Assembly (NCBI GenBank): GCA_051362555.1
Contig: CM120648.1
Span: forward strand, 721,721-785,720
Length of the DNA: 64,000 nt
Direction of reading: 5' to 3'
DNA from: Lingula anatina
Lineage: Eukaryota; Animalia; Brachiopoda
The position numbers and the translations under genes are program-made. This document shows, one piece after another, positions 25,816 to 39,628 of the stretch. The notes beneath the pieces are model-generated. The model was given only the letters and a program-made list of their open reading frames with translations. It was not told the DNA's origin and ran no database searches. Every line of letters starts with the position of its first letter. Within the stretch, counting starts at the first letter, position 1.

Positions 25816-26054
25816 CCCAACACGCACCGTATATTGTTAGCTTACTGACTCCTGGCTTACTTACTGACATAGCCCACAGTGTGGACGCAGGTCACTTCAT
25901 TGTCTCAGTACCAGGTGCACGCTGGCCGACACGAGCCCCTGTTACATGACAGTGCCATGTCAGGCGATTCAGTAAACAAGCACAATTGAAGTGCGCAAAT
26001 CCATTTGTTCTCCATGTTATGTAATAGGGCCCCGAGAAGAACCACCTTTCACAT

Positions 26055-26733
26055 CTACTCTCTGACGACAGGGTGCGCTAGCTAGTAGTCTGTTACAAAA
26101 TACATGTAGTTGTATGGGATTTGTTGGTCATTTTAGAGGCTCCTGAGATCAGAGGGTTTATGTCTTTCGTTTCAACCACAATGTCAGAGTCAGTCGAACT
26201 TAAAAGTGAACTGCGATGGCAGAATACTGTGTCTGTTTTCTCCTAGGCCTAAGCTAACCCTTGTCTACATTGCGATACGGTTATATAATCGAAATAAAGA
26301 TTTAAAAAATCGAGTTATTTAAACTTGACGATTGTCAAGCGAATCGACATCCAGCTACTTCATAAAGGGCGGGTGGATGTTGTACTGATCAGGGAGAATC
26401 ATAATTTACTGGTCATTTTCTATAATAGAAATAAGGGTCAGGTAAAAAAGTTTTATATTTTAGATCTGTACAGTCTACCAGTACCCTAAGTTATGTATTT
26501 TTAGCTGACTGTTTATATCTTGCTTGCATTGATCACAATCTCTACATAGAACATGGACGGTATATATACTGCAAGCCGAAAATCCATTTTAAATTAAATA
26601 TCATCTTTTATTAGGTAGCACAGCGTCTGATATCAGGGCACCAACATAATACTATACAAAATCACACTGTGCTCTTGAACATTTTTGTAACGGACTACTA
26701 CTACTACTAGCGCACCCTGTCGTCAGAGAGTAG
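26055..26733. mobile_element. TIR-bounded non-autonomous element
   Basis: CTACTCTCTGACGACAGGGTGCGCTAG (26055-26081) matches CTAGCGCACCCTGTCGTCAGAGAGTAG (26707-26733) as a perfect inverted repeat. Confidence 0.7.
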
Positions 26734-26835
26734 CACAGTATGGTCCTCTGCGTTCTGCATTCACGGGTAAACTACGGTACCGGTCTGAGAATTTCTAGCC
26801 CTTTACGACTGAGTGAGTCTTGACATCTTTTATGA

Positions 26836-27088
26836 GGGCCCATTCCCAGACCCTATCGTACTAACTGTGGACCGATCTATCCCCAAGGGGAGTCTCGCTA
26901 AAGTTCAATCAACTTAAGCGGCTTAGATGTCTGTCACGCCTACTGAAGCTGCTAGTGGGTAATTAATTACCGTTTAGCAGCTTCAGTAGGCGTGTCAGAC
27001 ATCTAAGCCGCTTAAGCTGAAAGCAATTTAGCGAGAAACCCCTTTGAGATGGGTCGTTTTGTTAGATCTATCTAGGAATGGGAACCCA
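26836..27088. mobile_element. MITE family A copy with a long internal palindrome
   Basis: GGGCCCATTCCCAGA ... TAGGAATGGGAACCC ends. Internal arms CTTAAGCGGCTTAGATGTCTG..ACGCCTACTGAAGCTGCTA / TAGCAGCTTCAGTAGGCGT..CAGACATCTAAGCCGCTTAAG. Confidence 0.75.
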
Positions 27089-29203
27089 GGCTTTGGTTTC
27101 CTTACGGTCACTCGAGATCAGGACACAGACACATGTATCCCAAGGGTACGTATAGCATTGCCCTGTACTTATTATTGTATGCTCTGCCCACGAGTCCGGT
27201 GTCATGTACCAGAAATTCCCCCATGATAGAGTGTCCGCTTCCCATTCATTTGTACAGGTAAGCCTCGCCCTAGATTTTGACCCGCTTAGGTCAGGCTAAC
27301 CCTAACCATTATAATTCAATAGAGGTCGAACTTACTTTTGCACGGACCTTCAGTTTCGTTACGCTGGTATATAGGGCCTACATTAGCATGCCATTGAACG
27401 ATTGCAATCGATGAGGGTAGCAGTGCATTATATTTGTCATACATACATACATACACACAAGAGAAATCGTGCATTTTTCCCATCCAAAATCCCTAATTTT
27501 GAACTGAATACACCGATATCGCCATGCACAGGATGATAAATGCAATCAGCTGTCTGTAGCTGGTACGCCTCCTCGTTAACTTGAAGTTCTTGGGTGAAGT
27601 CAGGAAAACTTTGTGTTCCATGACGTGTTCATGTTGCTGTGCAAAGGGGGGGGGGGGGGCAGACGATTAAGCTGATTAAATTGACTGCTCCTAAGCAAGA
27701 ATCCCCGCTGAGATAGACCAATCCTGCTACATGCAGTGTGATAACTTCTATTCTGAACACAGCCTAAAACCTTTAGGAAGTGAAGCTGAAATAAACCTGT
27801 CAACATTTCGTGAAAATGAAGTATGAATCTAACTTTAATATCAGTTAAATGTCTTGTTATCATTGAAGCGGACCATAAAATAACATTTCTTGTGGCAGCT
27901 TCGAAAATTACGCGGGTGTTTAGCGTCCATGATGCAGCCGTTATGCAAAACTTTTACCTTGATTTATAAATATTTGATTGTGACTCACTGAATATTTCAA
28001 CAAATTCCGCGTTTATCGCCAAATGTCGTGATTAGTACAGCATTAAATTTATTATCTCAGTACATCTCATATCTCAGTTCAGTACATCAGTGTCAATGTG
28101 ACTGTACTGATGTTGATGTAATAGCCTGCCGTTAGCTCACACACGTTCGTGCTACAAAAAAGTGGCACTTTAGTAAAGGTAGGGGTGTCTTCTGAGAGGT
28201 CCTTCTAGGTTACCACTTAATAAGCCCCCTCATGCCTCGGAAAACAGTTGAGTTCGCCTTTTAATCGTAAAAAAATGCAATCATCAATAACCAATTATAT
28301 CCCCTGTGCTAAGGTGTAATTAGCAAGAAACAATTTTCATGAATCTGTTTGAGTTGTTTTTGTATTTACTCAGGTATATTGATTTACTGTTTGAACGAGA
28401 GACAGTAAGGTAATGACGCAGCCATTTCCATCTTGTCATTTGAGTTATTAATGGAGAACGACATTTTCATAGCCCTAAAATGAATAAAATGATAGTTTCT
28501 GATATTTAGTAATTTGCAGCCATTTTCTGCGGATTTTGACTTCAGGGGTTAATGAAAGAGGAGGGGGATATCAACCTATTATTAGTGTTACTGCTGCTTA
28601 CGCGCTCTTCTCTAATGAGCAGTACGCTACAGGGTCGCGATGTACACCTACGCCCGAAACGAAGAAGATCGGTACTGCGAAACGCGTTATTGGGTTGCCT
28701 AGGCAACCTGGGCTGAACAGGCACTTACATATGGCACAACTAGAAACTTGGTGTTGGTTAAGAAATTTATAAATGTGGAACTGTTAATTTTCCGACTTGT
28801 GAATTTGCAAATCCGTGTCGTGCTTTATCAATGATCTGGTAATTATTGCTGACTTAGTGACCAATGCACTTGCACAACCAATTCTGACGTTAATGGAAAA
28901 TACCAGTAAATCGTTTTATAAATCACGAATACAAAATCAGTTACTTTATTTAAAAAAAAAACGCATATAGTACCAAATGTCCATCAATAATTTGTGCCCA
29001 AAATCATGGAAGTCAAAACATACACCCACCATGAAACTACTGACCTCCTCTCATATGATGGTGTGGTAAAGGAGAGAGTGAGAGAAAGTAGAAAACAGAC
29101 TCTTCAAAGACCCCCCTGCCTGATAAGATGTATATAATGACTTGGTCACCTGGTGTGGTTAGTGAATTTTGCCAACATGTTACCACTGCCCCTTGGTGTT
29201 TCC

Positions 29204-30439
29204 TTAAAGTCTAAATTCTAGAAATTTTCCTTTTTTCAAGAGTATAGAATATCTGTTAGCATCTATAGCCAGCAGGTGGCAGTATTCCCTTCTCAGGGTA
29301 AAGCCGCTGCTCCACCGTGTTGGCGCCATTTTCAAAGTTTCGTCTCGATTTCTAGCAGTCTTGTTCTGACAAAACCGTGTCACTTTTCCATTAACTGTTT
29401 TAAAATTGCGGACTTCGTTAAAAAAGTCGTCATCCTGGCTTTCAATCAATTTTTCAGTCTTGAGCTTGAAGTAGTCATATAAGATATAGTCGGCATAACT
29501 GAGTTCTCTGTGTTTCTGGACCACTACCGGATTAGCAGTGTGGGACGACTTATAGTACTCTGAAAACGAAGATCCGGGTTTTTGTTGGGTGTAAAGCATA
29601 TCATGTGTTGCCCAACACAACATTCGCCTCAGCAGTATCAGGCTTTCCTCAAAATATTCTAGAATGACGACAAAGTCGAATTCTCGATCCAGAAGGCGCA
29701 CATATTGCAGCGCCGCCTTCTCGGCTTCTTGGCTACTGTTGCTAGGCGGTGGTTTGTAACCAAGGTAACGTACCATCCGGTTCCAAAATTTGCTAGATGC
29801 GGGCGAGGAATACAGAGTTGAGTTTGCAAAAAAATTCCTAATTTGATCTTCACCTTCGATGCCAAAATCGGATCCCTTATGACGGAAGTTAAAAAAGGAC
29901 TTGAAAGCGCCAAGTGGTTCTCTGATAATTGTTATATATAAAGCATTTTTTGGTATGAGATGCTTATGCTGTTTGATGACATCATATGTCACGTGGCTGG
30001 CAAATATATCACGTTTTTCAGCGCTGCTGTTAAGGCTGTTCAAAAGGGAATTCAAATTGAATTCATTGTTCAAAGGAAGCGCCACATCCAGGCTGTATCG
30101 AAAGCCGTACCTCAAGAAGATGCTAGAAAGAGTGGAGCTGCCACATTTGGGAACTTTGACGAAAAGGACGTGTTTCTTTGGCCTGCACATTTCCTCTGTG
30201 GACGATGTTTTCCAAATCTCCATTATGCCAGACTTTTTATACAATGTTCGTTTGGCGGCCAGAGCTCCATTATCCACCTTCTGAAATCTGTAATGTTAAT
30301 GAAATCAGCTGTTTTTAGAAATCATGATGTACAATATCGTTGGTCAATATTTGAAATTTGTGTCATTTAGCCAATGCCGAAAAATGCCAAGTTAACGTTT
30401 CTGAACAAAAGAGGAAAAGTCCACCGAAATCTGTTTACT

Positions 30440-30529
<90 letters not shown>

Positions 30530-30831
30530 CTTATTTAATTATCCAAATGTACACATTCTCAATGTTGCGATCAGAACGTAAAGGATTTAACCTAGATAAA
30601 AAGTTGACACAAAACCGTTATCGTTTTGTTTTTTTCACATTCAACTCACCTTTGCATGACAACCGGGAGTTCGCCTATCAGCACGTGCCACACAAATAGG
30701 ACGTACACCGTCAACAAACAGAATAGAGCCCAAAACGTGGCACGACTAGAAGTCAAACCGACGCCTGTCAGCTTCATTTTCAACCACGTGCTAATTAACT
30801 GAATCTCGCTAAACAAATGCCCGCTTACCAT
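29204..30831 (-). CDS. Galactose-3-O-sulfotransferase-like type II Golgi membrane protein; exons 30831-30650 (start could be the Met at 30777) and 30287-29204
   Basis: 5'-PAPS loop FVKVPKCGSSTL, 3'-PAPS motif ITIIREP, plus LDREFDFVVILEYFEESLILLRRMLCW and DYILYDYF. Exon 1 encodes a transmembrane anchor (FWALFCLLTVYVLFVWHVLI). The phase-2 GT-AG junction is in frame. Confidence 0.88.
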
Positions 30832-31060
30832 CGCTTACCATGTCTCTCAGTAAATACGCATAATCTATTCAAAACATGTGGTATCAATTTTTGATGGCGG
30901 TATTGGCTTTGAAGTGCAACATCACCTTTTATTTGTATTTACTAAATGTATTTTTTATTTTACACCTACAGGTCAACAAAAACCGACCTTGAACATCTTT
31001 TTGGCTTACAACTTATGACCACATCCAGTATCAATCTTGTCTTTTTATAAAAATTTATTA

Positions 31061-31104
<44 letters not shown>

Positions 31105-31240
31105 CGGAGACCTAATGCAAAATCAAGTGAATCCACCGCCGCATCCCTTGGCAAAAATACGACTCCACCAAATGAATGCCATCTTTACTTCCCTTCATTC
31201 TATTGTTCATTGGATTTTCTTACCATTTTAGTGACATCTT

Positions 31241-31275
<35 letters not shown>

Positions 31276-32983
31276 GTCGCCATTAGAATCCTACGCAACT
31301 GTTCTGTTTGAACAGATGTGGACTTTTCACTATTTCCAACATGGTCGTAATTCATGTGATTATCGACAATCCCAGAATTAGTTTCATTGTATTTTTGATA
31401 ATTATATTTATTTGCTCTAGCACGATTTTACAGAGAGGCTATGACATAACAAACATATGTTACAGTTACAGAAACATGCTAATATATAATTTAAAAACAT
31501 AATGCAGATACGTACTTTTGAAAGGTGTCCTAGATAGAATACCCATATACTGGCTCATGATTAGATATTGTATACATTTCATTTGCATAGGTGACTTGGT
31601 GGCAAACAGAGGATCGCTTTAACACGCTGTTACATATTTGGCGAGTGCCTCTATACTGTATTTGTGACAGACTTAACCTTTGTGACAGAAATGGTAGTCA
31701 GCTAGAAACCGTAATCTGTGTCCCATTACTTTGCACAGGTAACATTCATGTACTATAACCCCAACACTCCAACTAACCCTTACCTGTACTAGCCAAATGG
31801 AATCCTGGATATCCATCACTACGCTCTACCAGGGCGACAGATTGATTTTTCACAGATATTCACAGATATGTCTCTAGATAAATAGACAGTCATTTGGCTG
31901 TGTGGATTTTTTCCGTTTTTCCCTATATAATCTGCCACCCTGATAGAAGATAATCCATTCCTAGGACTACTATTCCTGTCACATCAGCATCACTCATGGC
32001 GCCTGGACTTTGGGGTGGGTAACATGAATTTATTTATTTATTTATTTATTTATCACTAAGGGGGGCGTTACAAACTTTTGGCCAGGAACATGTCCATTCT
32101 GGTCAAATTTGATCTGGGCACATAAAGGTACCATGGTAGAACTTTTTCTAAAATAAATAAATAAAAATAAAAAGGACCCCCCCCCCCCCCCCTTGAAATC
32201 GCTGGCTACGGGCCTGTGTCTTCAGGTCCACCTTACACAAATTCCCATCTCTCGTGAGGATGGATGGAGGGAGAGACGGATACTGAGATTGGTTTTCTGT
32301 GCCTCCCTCTCTTAATCACAAGCTCCAAACCTGGGAATTGTTAAATTTATGTCAGAATTTCCCTTCAAATCGAATTTTCCTCTGAAAAAGTTAATTTTTT
32401 TTTTTTACTCACGAATCTTTGCTCGACCTGTCGCTGGATTTTATGTTTAAACATATTCCGTATCAAATAATTTTAATCTAAGTGACTGTCCAGATTTCCT
32501 GTATTTCAAGTGGATATGTTGACATCAAGTATTTTATTTGAAAAATTTTATCGTTTTCTAGGTCTGAATTGGAAAAGTCAAATAGCTTTAATTTTCACGA
32601 TGTGTAGACATTTGGACATTTCTTAAAGCGTGCATTGATTGTCTTGATTGATTGTGTATTAGGTTGTGACTTGTAGTACATCTAACACAATCGGTGTATT
32701 TTCAGAGAGGATTGAATTGCCTTTGAACGGCTTCAGGAGGAAACTTTTCTGAAACTTTATACTTTAGGACTCAGTGGTAAAAATGTGGAACATAATAAAA
32801 TTTAAGATTGGCGTCATGTCTTTTATTCATCGAACCGATACGTCCCTGCACCTATAGGCCTACCTACCCCTCCCTACCTCCCCCGGCGCACCAATACTTC
32901 CCTCTAGTACATTTTTGCATTACTCGCATCGATACATACCACCGACGCCAATTCCATAGGAAGCCCAATGCTTTTTAAAATAC

Positions 32984-33154
32984 CAGGCCCGTAGCCAGGC
33001 GGATCAGTTCGAAAGAACCACGCGCCCTTTTTGTTGGGAAAATGTCCACACTGGGTAAAATTTGATCTATGTACAGTACATAAGGATTTTATGGTGAAAG
33101 GTCCACTTGTTTTCAGAAAACGAACCCCCTTTCAAATTGCTGGCCACGGGCCTG
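32984..33154. mobile_element. hAT-like MITE
   Basis: Ends CAGGCCCGTAGCCA / TGGCCACGGGCCTG. A related copy lies at ~32060-32215. Confidence 0.65.
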
Positions 33155-33364
33155 AAAAATAACTTTGAAATTTCATTAAACTAGTAGGCCTACCATCAGT
33201 TTAATTGTGAAATTCTTTATACATACAGGTAGCCTATATAGCCTACATGTACGTACTGTTACAGCTAGTGTACGTCTGTGAATATCTGTGAAAAATCATC
33301 TGTGACCCTCGCAGAGGGTATTAGGCCTAAACTAGAGAGATTTTACCATAGGCTATGTAGGGTG

Positions 33365-33638
33365 CAGTGGCAGATTTGGGGGGGGGGGGGGGGGAGGGGG
33401 TCAAGACCCCCCTCGACAACCCCCCCCCCCTTCGATTTCTGAAAAAAATTTACACCATTGGTCCCCTCTTGAAATTAGAATTTTGACTGAATCATAGTTC
33501 CAAACCGTACCAAATGGCACCGTGCTCCCTTTAAAATACCAAAAGTTTTTCGGGGCCCGAACCACACACCAAAGGGGGGGGGTCGGCTTCGCATATCTGC
33601 GCCCCCCCCCCCTTCAAATAATCCTCGATCCGCCCCCG
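33365..33638. mobile_element. hAT-like MITE with G/C tracts
   Basis: Degenerate ends CAGTGGCAGATTT ... GATCCGCCCCCG. No clear TSD. Confidence 0.5.
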
Positions 33639-33736
33639 TAGGACACGAATCGAATCACCACTCCCATCCCACACCCTACACTAATCCTCTAATTTAAAAA
33701 TACACTCCACAATGTTTACGATTCCTACCGTTCAGG

Positions 33737-33999
33737 GGGGATTTCCAAGTCTATTTATAGATACTCGATAAGTCACGTGAGCATGAGTACGGCATCTTGA
33801 AGGTTTTTCCAATAGACATTCGACTACTTTTTAAAACAAATCTGCGCAGTTTGCGTCAGGTAATCGTGTTATACTCGTATCCCAGACCAATTGATACATT
33901 GAACGTTGTCAGAGTCGGTGCAGTGAATTAGGAAGATTTATACTGCTCCGTTGCTTGGATTAATCTTGTGAAGTTGGCAAGTGAGAAAAGAAAACGAAA
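33737..33999 (+). promoter_or_regulatory. Putative caspase promoter / 5' region: NF-kB site, TATA-like box, E-box, ISRE-like site
   Basis: GGGGATTTCC (33737-33746), TATTTATAG (33752-33760), GTCACGTGA (33772-33780) and GAAAACGAAA (33990-33999). Candidate 5'UTR donors occur nearby, and an acceptor precedes the ATG at 34598. Confidence 0.45.
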
Positions 34000-34597
34000 T
34001 CGCAACCGATCGTGCTTCGTAAACAAACCATAGGTATTGGGTTATTAGTTAAGTTATATATTTAATTAACGATATCAGTATGCAGTCCCCTGCATTGAAT
34101 TATCTTCCGTGTTTCAAGTAAACTGAGACAATCGGATTTTAAAATCTTCACACATTCTAGGTTCATTCTTCATTCACACTCGCACAACAGTCGGCGAATA
34201 AATGTAAAGCTAATGATTCCTTTCAATTTATACCCGACATGAAATAAGATTTATTGTATTGTACTGTATTGTAGGTAATTAGTGCTATACGATTCGACAC
34301 TTTAATTGCCCTGCCCCCCCCCCGCTCGCACGCACGCACGCACACACACACACACACACACACCAGATAACAATCACAGTGCACTGTATATCAGCTATGC
34401 ATTCAATGTTTGTGCCATACAGATAATTAGTGAAACCCTACGTACCTGCTAGTACAGTGTGTACCAAGATAACGTTACTGTACTTATGATTATTATATCA
34501 ATTACGAAAGCTGAATTCACTATATATAAAACAATTATAACATTTTACTTCAGACTAGTTCAATCATACTGATCGATTTTTTTTACAGAAGAAGATT

Positions 34598-35468
34598 ATG
34601 GCAGATGAAGTAGACCGTGACAGAATCCGCAGACATCGGGTGGCACTAACCAAAAACATGGTGGAGCCAAAGGAGGTGTTGGTGTACCTGAACCAATGGG
34701 GGGTGTTCACTAATACCATGAAAGAGAGTACCGAGGTGAGAGGCTTGTTAGACTGTGTTCTCTTGCCTAAATTGATCCAACAGGATTGGTCTAGCCATGG
34801 GGACTCAAGCTAATTTGCTATCAACTTTAGAGGCTGTCACACCTACTGAATCAGCTAGGGGGTAATTAACTTTCATGGACTCTCGGCCTTCAGTAATTAA
34901 TTACCACTAACAGCTTTATGTAAATCAGGTTAATTGTCTAATTAAATAAAATGCTGTGCCTGCTAATCTAGTACAGCAAGTGAGAATAAAATGACCAAAG
35001 TTTCATGCATTATTGTTTGTTCATAAAGATATATAATTATAATTATCATTTTGTGATAAAAACAAATTTTATTTTATCAGTCAGATGTGGTAGCATACTG
35101 GTAGTAAATGGTTTGAACCCAAATCCTTTACTGGTATACTAGTGTAAACCTTGAGTTTAAGTGAAAGCTTAAAGGGAAGGGATAAAAATAGAACAAGTTA
35201 GATAATTTTTTTATTATTTGTTCCTCTTTCATATCAACAGGAACTGGGAAGTAAAAGAGAAATGGTGAACAAGATACTTGATGATACCCCCAAGAGAGGG
35301 AAGGATGCCGTCCGCATGTTGTATGATGCTTTGTTGATGACAGGCAAGATTTTGTTATACAATTAAGACCACAGATGTATACTGAGAGCCCCCTATCCCC
35401 TACCCCCCACACACACACACACGCACCTACACACACACCTACACACACACACACACACATGCGTGCAT

Positions 35469-35527
<59 letters not shown>

Positions 35528-38500
35528 CATGCACACACACACACATACTGTACGCACACACACCTACATGTACATGCACACACACACACACGCACACACA
35601 CACACCTACACACACACACATACACACACACACACACTCACACAAACATGTACTATCTAACAAAAGCAGAATGGTGTATCCATCATACCAATACATCTAT
35701 TCATCTTTGATCCACTTGTGTATTTCCTGTCACTCTGTAAATATAATTATACTGTAACTGGTAGATAAATCTAATTATATACCAGTTTATTATTTTTGTA
35801 CATTGCATTATGTGATACATTATCATTTGGACAAATGCATTATATCCACAATAAGTGGCCAGGGGCAGAGATACTTATATAAATAAATTAATTAATTTAT
35901 TGATGGATTGGTCTCATTTGGGAAAAACACATTACTGGTAGCTCCAGTTTAAACTAAAAGTATAGCAACAAAATATTACACATTGATTTCATTCGATTTT
36001 CATGACATTCATGGACAAAGCAAAATAGTTGATGCCCTGTCTCCTATCTGTAGAGCAAACAGAACTGGCAGACTTAATGTACCCAGAACTGAAAGAGGAC
36101 CGGCTAGCTGGAAAGCTCAAGGTCACAGGAGAGAAGTCTGAGGTGGTACAGTCACAGTCTGCAGCCAGCGCTTTCCGAAGACAGATGTCCAATCCTCCAG
36201 CAGAGGGTGACTCTGAGGAAGAGGAGCTTCCACCTGGTGGGTTGAGGGTGCTTTCCTGGGCCCTGTAACTCGAAAGCATCGCGCATTGTGACTTAGCGCA
36301 AGCATCTCGATTCCATAACTTGCCCATACTCGCCCCATATAATACATTGTAGCCTCTGTGTGATATCCCTATTTGCAATATGCGATGCTTTCGAGTTATG
36401 GGGCCCTGGTTCTTAAAGACATATTGTATTATATCATGTTCTACTTACAAAGCAAAAAATAAATAAATACTGTAAATTTCAATAATTTTCTTACAAACTC
36501 CAACTTGATGTTTTTGAAAAAGGTGTACATTTGTGATTAAACAAAGAGATTGATTTGAAATATCCATGGAAAAATTATTTCACCTGGTTTTATTCACCTG
36601 CAGTGCTTTTTGTGTGTTGTTTAAAATTTGTCAGAATTAATTATTATCATACTTTTGTGAATGCAGATTTCACATACTAACAAATAGAGGCGGTGTTGTT
36701 CATTTTCAGATTTTCCCACTGAGGAGACGGTGAAACCAGATATATACAAGGATCTTAAAGAGGTCACAAGTAGAAGGATAAAGAACTTTGCAACAAAACC
36801 TAACAAGGTACAACATGTATTTTTCTTGTTTTCCATCTGAGATCTATGCTCATGCCAAACATGTTTCTGTAGAGCATTTCTTTCTTTCTTTCTTTTTTTT
36901 TTTTTTTTTTTTTCCATTGATAATTGAAAAAATATATAACATTCCTTATTATTGCTCACTTAAATACTAGTACATATGTGGCATATAGATGCCAGTGCGG
37001 TTACAGTAGTAATTTTATTATATATGCTGGGTTTTTTATTTGTATTCTTGTATATCTTTGTTTAATATCTTATATTATTTAATTAATATCATCATCGCTT
37101 TTATTATTTTTAATGGTTGGTTTAGTATTTGTGACTTTTTCATGTAAATTAATCTAATGTAGTAGATTTCTGTTTACTGTTCAACTCTATAGACTTTCTT
37201 TTGTTTGTATATGTGTACTAGTATGTACATATGTATTCTAAACATTTTTGCTCAATTAAGAAAAAAAAATAGAAATTTATGACTTATGTATAAAAACTAT
37301 GATTCTTGTTTGAAATTTTTGAATGTTGGATGTTAGCATCAAGAAAGATCATATGTACTATAATCATTCTAAATCTACATGTTTTCATATTAAAAAAAAG
37401 TAAAATTTAATTATTTTTGCCATCCATGTACTTGTTTTATCTTTATTAATATTATTATTATACTTTTGTGCTCCATACTGAAATATTTGAAGTTATACAT
37501 TTATCCTGTTGTATAGACGTATCCATTTGTTTTATTTATTTACTTATTTAATTTTATGGAGAGCATTTAATGCTTCCAGCGCTTTGCATCCATTTCTTTC
37601 GAATAAAGGTTGTTAAAAATATTATTATTATTATTATTTTTTTTTTTTTTGCTCCTCAGGCCTACACAAACACCTCCTATCCTCGAGGAATAGCACTGAT
37701 AATTAACAACGTGAAATTTAGTGATACCAAGCTGTCTCAGAGGACAGGATCAGATCTAGATGCACAAAAACTTGAAAAGTTGTTTCATAAACTTGACTAC
37801 AACGTTCAGACCAAGACAAACCTGTCTGCAGCAGTGAGTGTTGTAAAAGTTTTTTAATGTGTTTTTACTGTTATTTATTTATTTATTTATTTATAAATTT
37901 TAATATTATTATTAAATAATAAATTATTTATGTATAAATAATATATAAAAAAATATAAGCACACATTTTGTAGATTTGTTGCATTTACTGCCAGGCAATT
38001 ACATTTAATTTGATAATAATTACATCAACCATTTGATCAAAATTGGAAACCTTGTCAACTGCATATACCAACTATATAATTACATCTACAACCTAGCTAA
38101 AAAAAATCAATGTTTTCCAGGCTATCAAAAGCACTCTTCAAGAAGTTGCATCCAGACAAGAACACAGATCACATCATTCCTTCATCTTGGTAATACTTAG
38201 CCACGGAGCCAAAGGGAAGATTTATGGGGAGGATGGGAATCATGTTGAAATTGAAGAGATTCTCAAACAATTTAATGGTATTAACTGTCCACTGCTGATA
38301 GACAAGCCAAAGCTGTTTTTTATTCAGGCTTGTCAGGGAGGTAGGTTTTGCACTATACGAGAGAGAACATATTTTCTTTTTAGTGTGATTTTAGTTATAA
38401 AATATTGAAGTATTGTTTCCATAACTCTGACTTATTATATGTACAGTAATTACAACTGTACTTGATCTTTTGAGATACATGCTTTTATAATTACAAAAAT

Positions 38501-39597
38501 TATATATCTGTATAGCATTTGTGGCACTTTTTTTGCATAGAATAATACTAAAGAGCAACCTGCTTTTAATTTTGTTGCTAATACTCAAAAGTTGTGTTTT
38601 GATTTTAAGAAATTAGGCCTTGAAAATACAGCATCTGTAAAATTCACAATTTTCCCCCACTGAAAAGATCTAGTAACTAAGTAACCAAGTATTTTTAATG
38701 TTCATTTCTTGTTGATGTGCCTTCCTCTGAGAGTTAGATCAGTTTTATTTTCAGTTGGGATCCAAAATGACACCTGGGTTCAAAAACCAGTAGCCACAGT
38801 GTCATTTATGTGAGTCACGCTTTCATAATTAATACTTTGACTTTGTATTTTGCTTCCTCTTTCACAGAAAAAACAGATGGACCAGGATCGCAGACAAAAA
38901 AAGAGAACGCGGACGGTGAACGTGATGCAATAGAAGAAATAACAATGCAGCTGGAAAACTCTCGGATCCAGGAAAGACCAGATGCTGTCAATGCCTCGGT
39001 GCCCACTATGGCAGACATATTACTTGCCATGGCAACTACTGCAGGTAGGAAAATTGGCCTACCTCATATACACTGTACTTTTAAAATAATTGATATCTTA
39101 CACAATGGTCCTTCTGACTTCATTTTTGATTTAGTGTTTGTTCATTAATTCTGCCATTTATGAAATGTATCTATCTATATTTATTTATCTGGCTAGTATT
39201 TATTTGATTGTTTACACATTTATTCATTTAAATATAAATTTCATGTATAATGCATATCTATTTATTTATTTATTTATTATATAGAGATGTATATTACTTA
39301 GATAATGCATATTTTTCTTTTTTTTTTCAGATTATGTATCTTGGAGAAATGATTGCAAAGGGACATGGTTTATACAGGCGTTAGCCTATGTGATAAGCAA
39401 GTATGGCCACAGGGACAGCATTGCAAGTCTCATGACCAAAGTGAGTGAAATAAATCTTCTGAAGGAACCTACTGGTACTTTTTCCCCTTATGAGAAATTG
39501 CTTGAAATCCACCTCTCCTTTGGCAGTAAAAAGAGAAGGTTCATAACAAAAGAGAAGGTTGTTTTTTAGAATGAAATGATAATGTATACAGTGCAGA

Positions 39598-39628
<31 letters not shown>

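Noticed and set aside
30367-30400. Alternative GAL3ST acceptor at 30401
   Set aside because: It leads to an in-frame TAA after about 11 codons. The acceptor at 30288 keeps the frame open.
35128-35757. His/Thr- and Cys/Val-rich ORFs resembling metal-binding proteins
   Set aside because: They are translations of the (CA)n tract in caspase intron 2.
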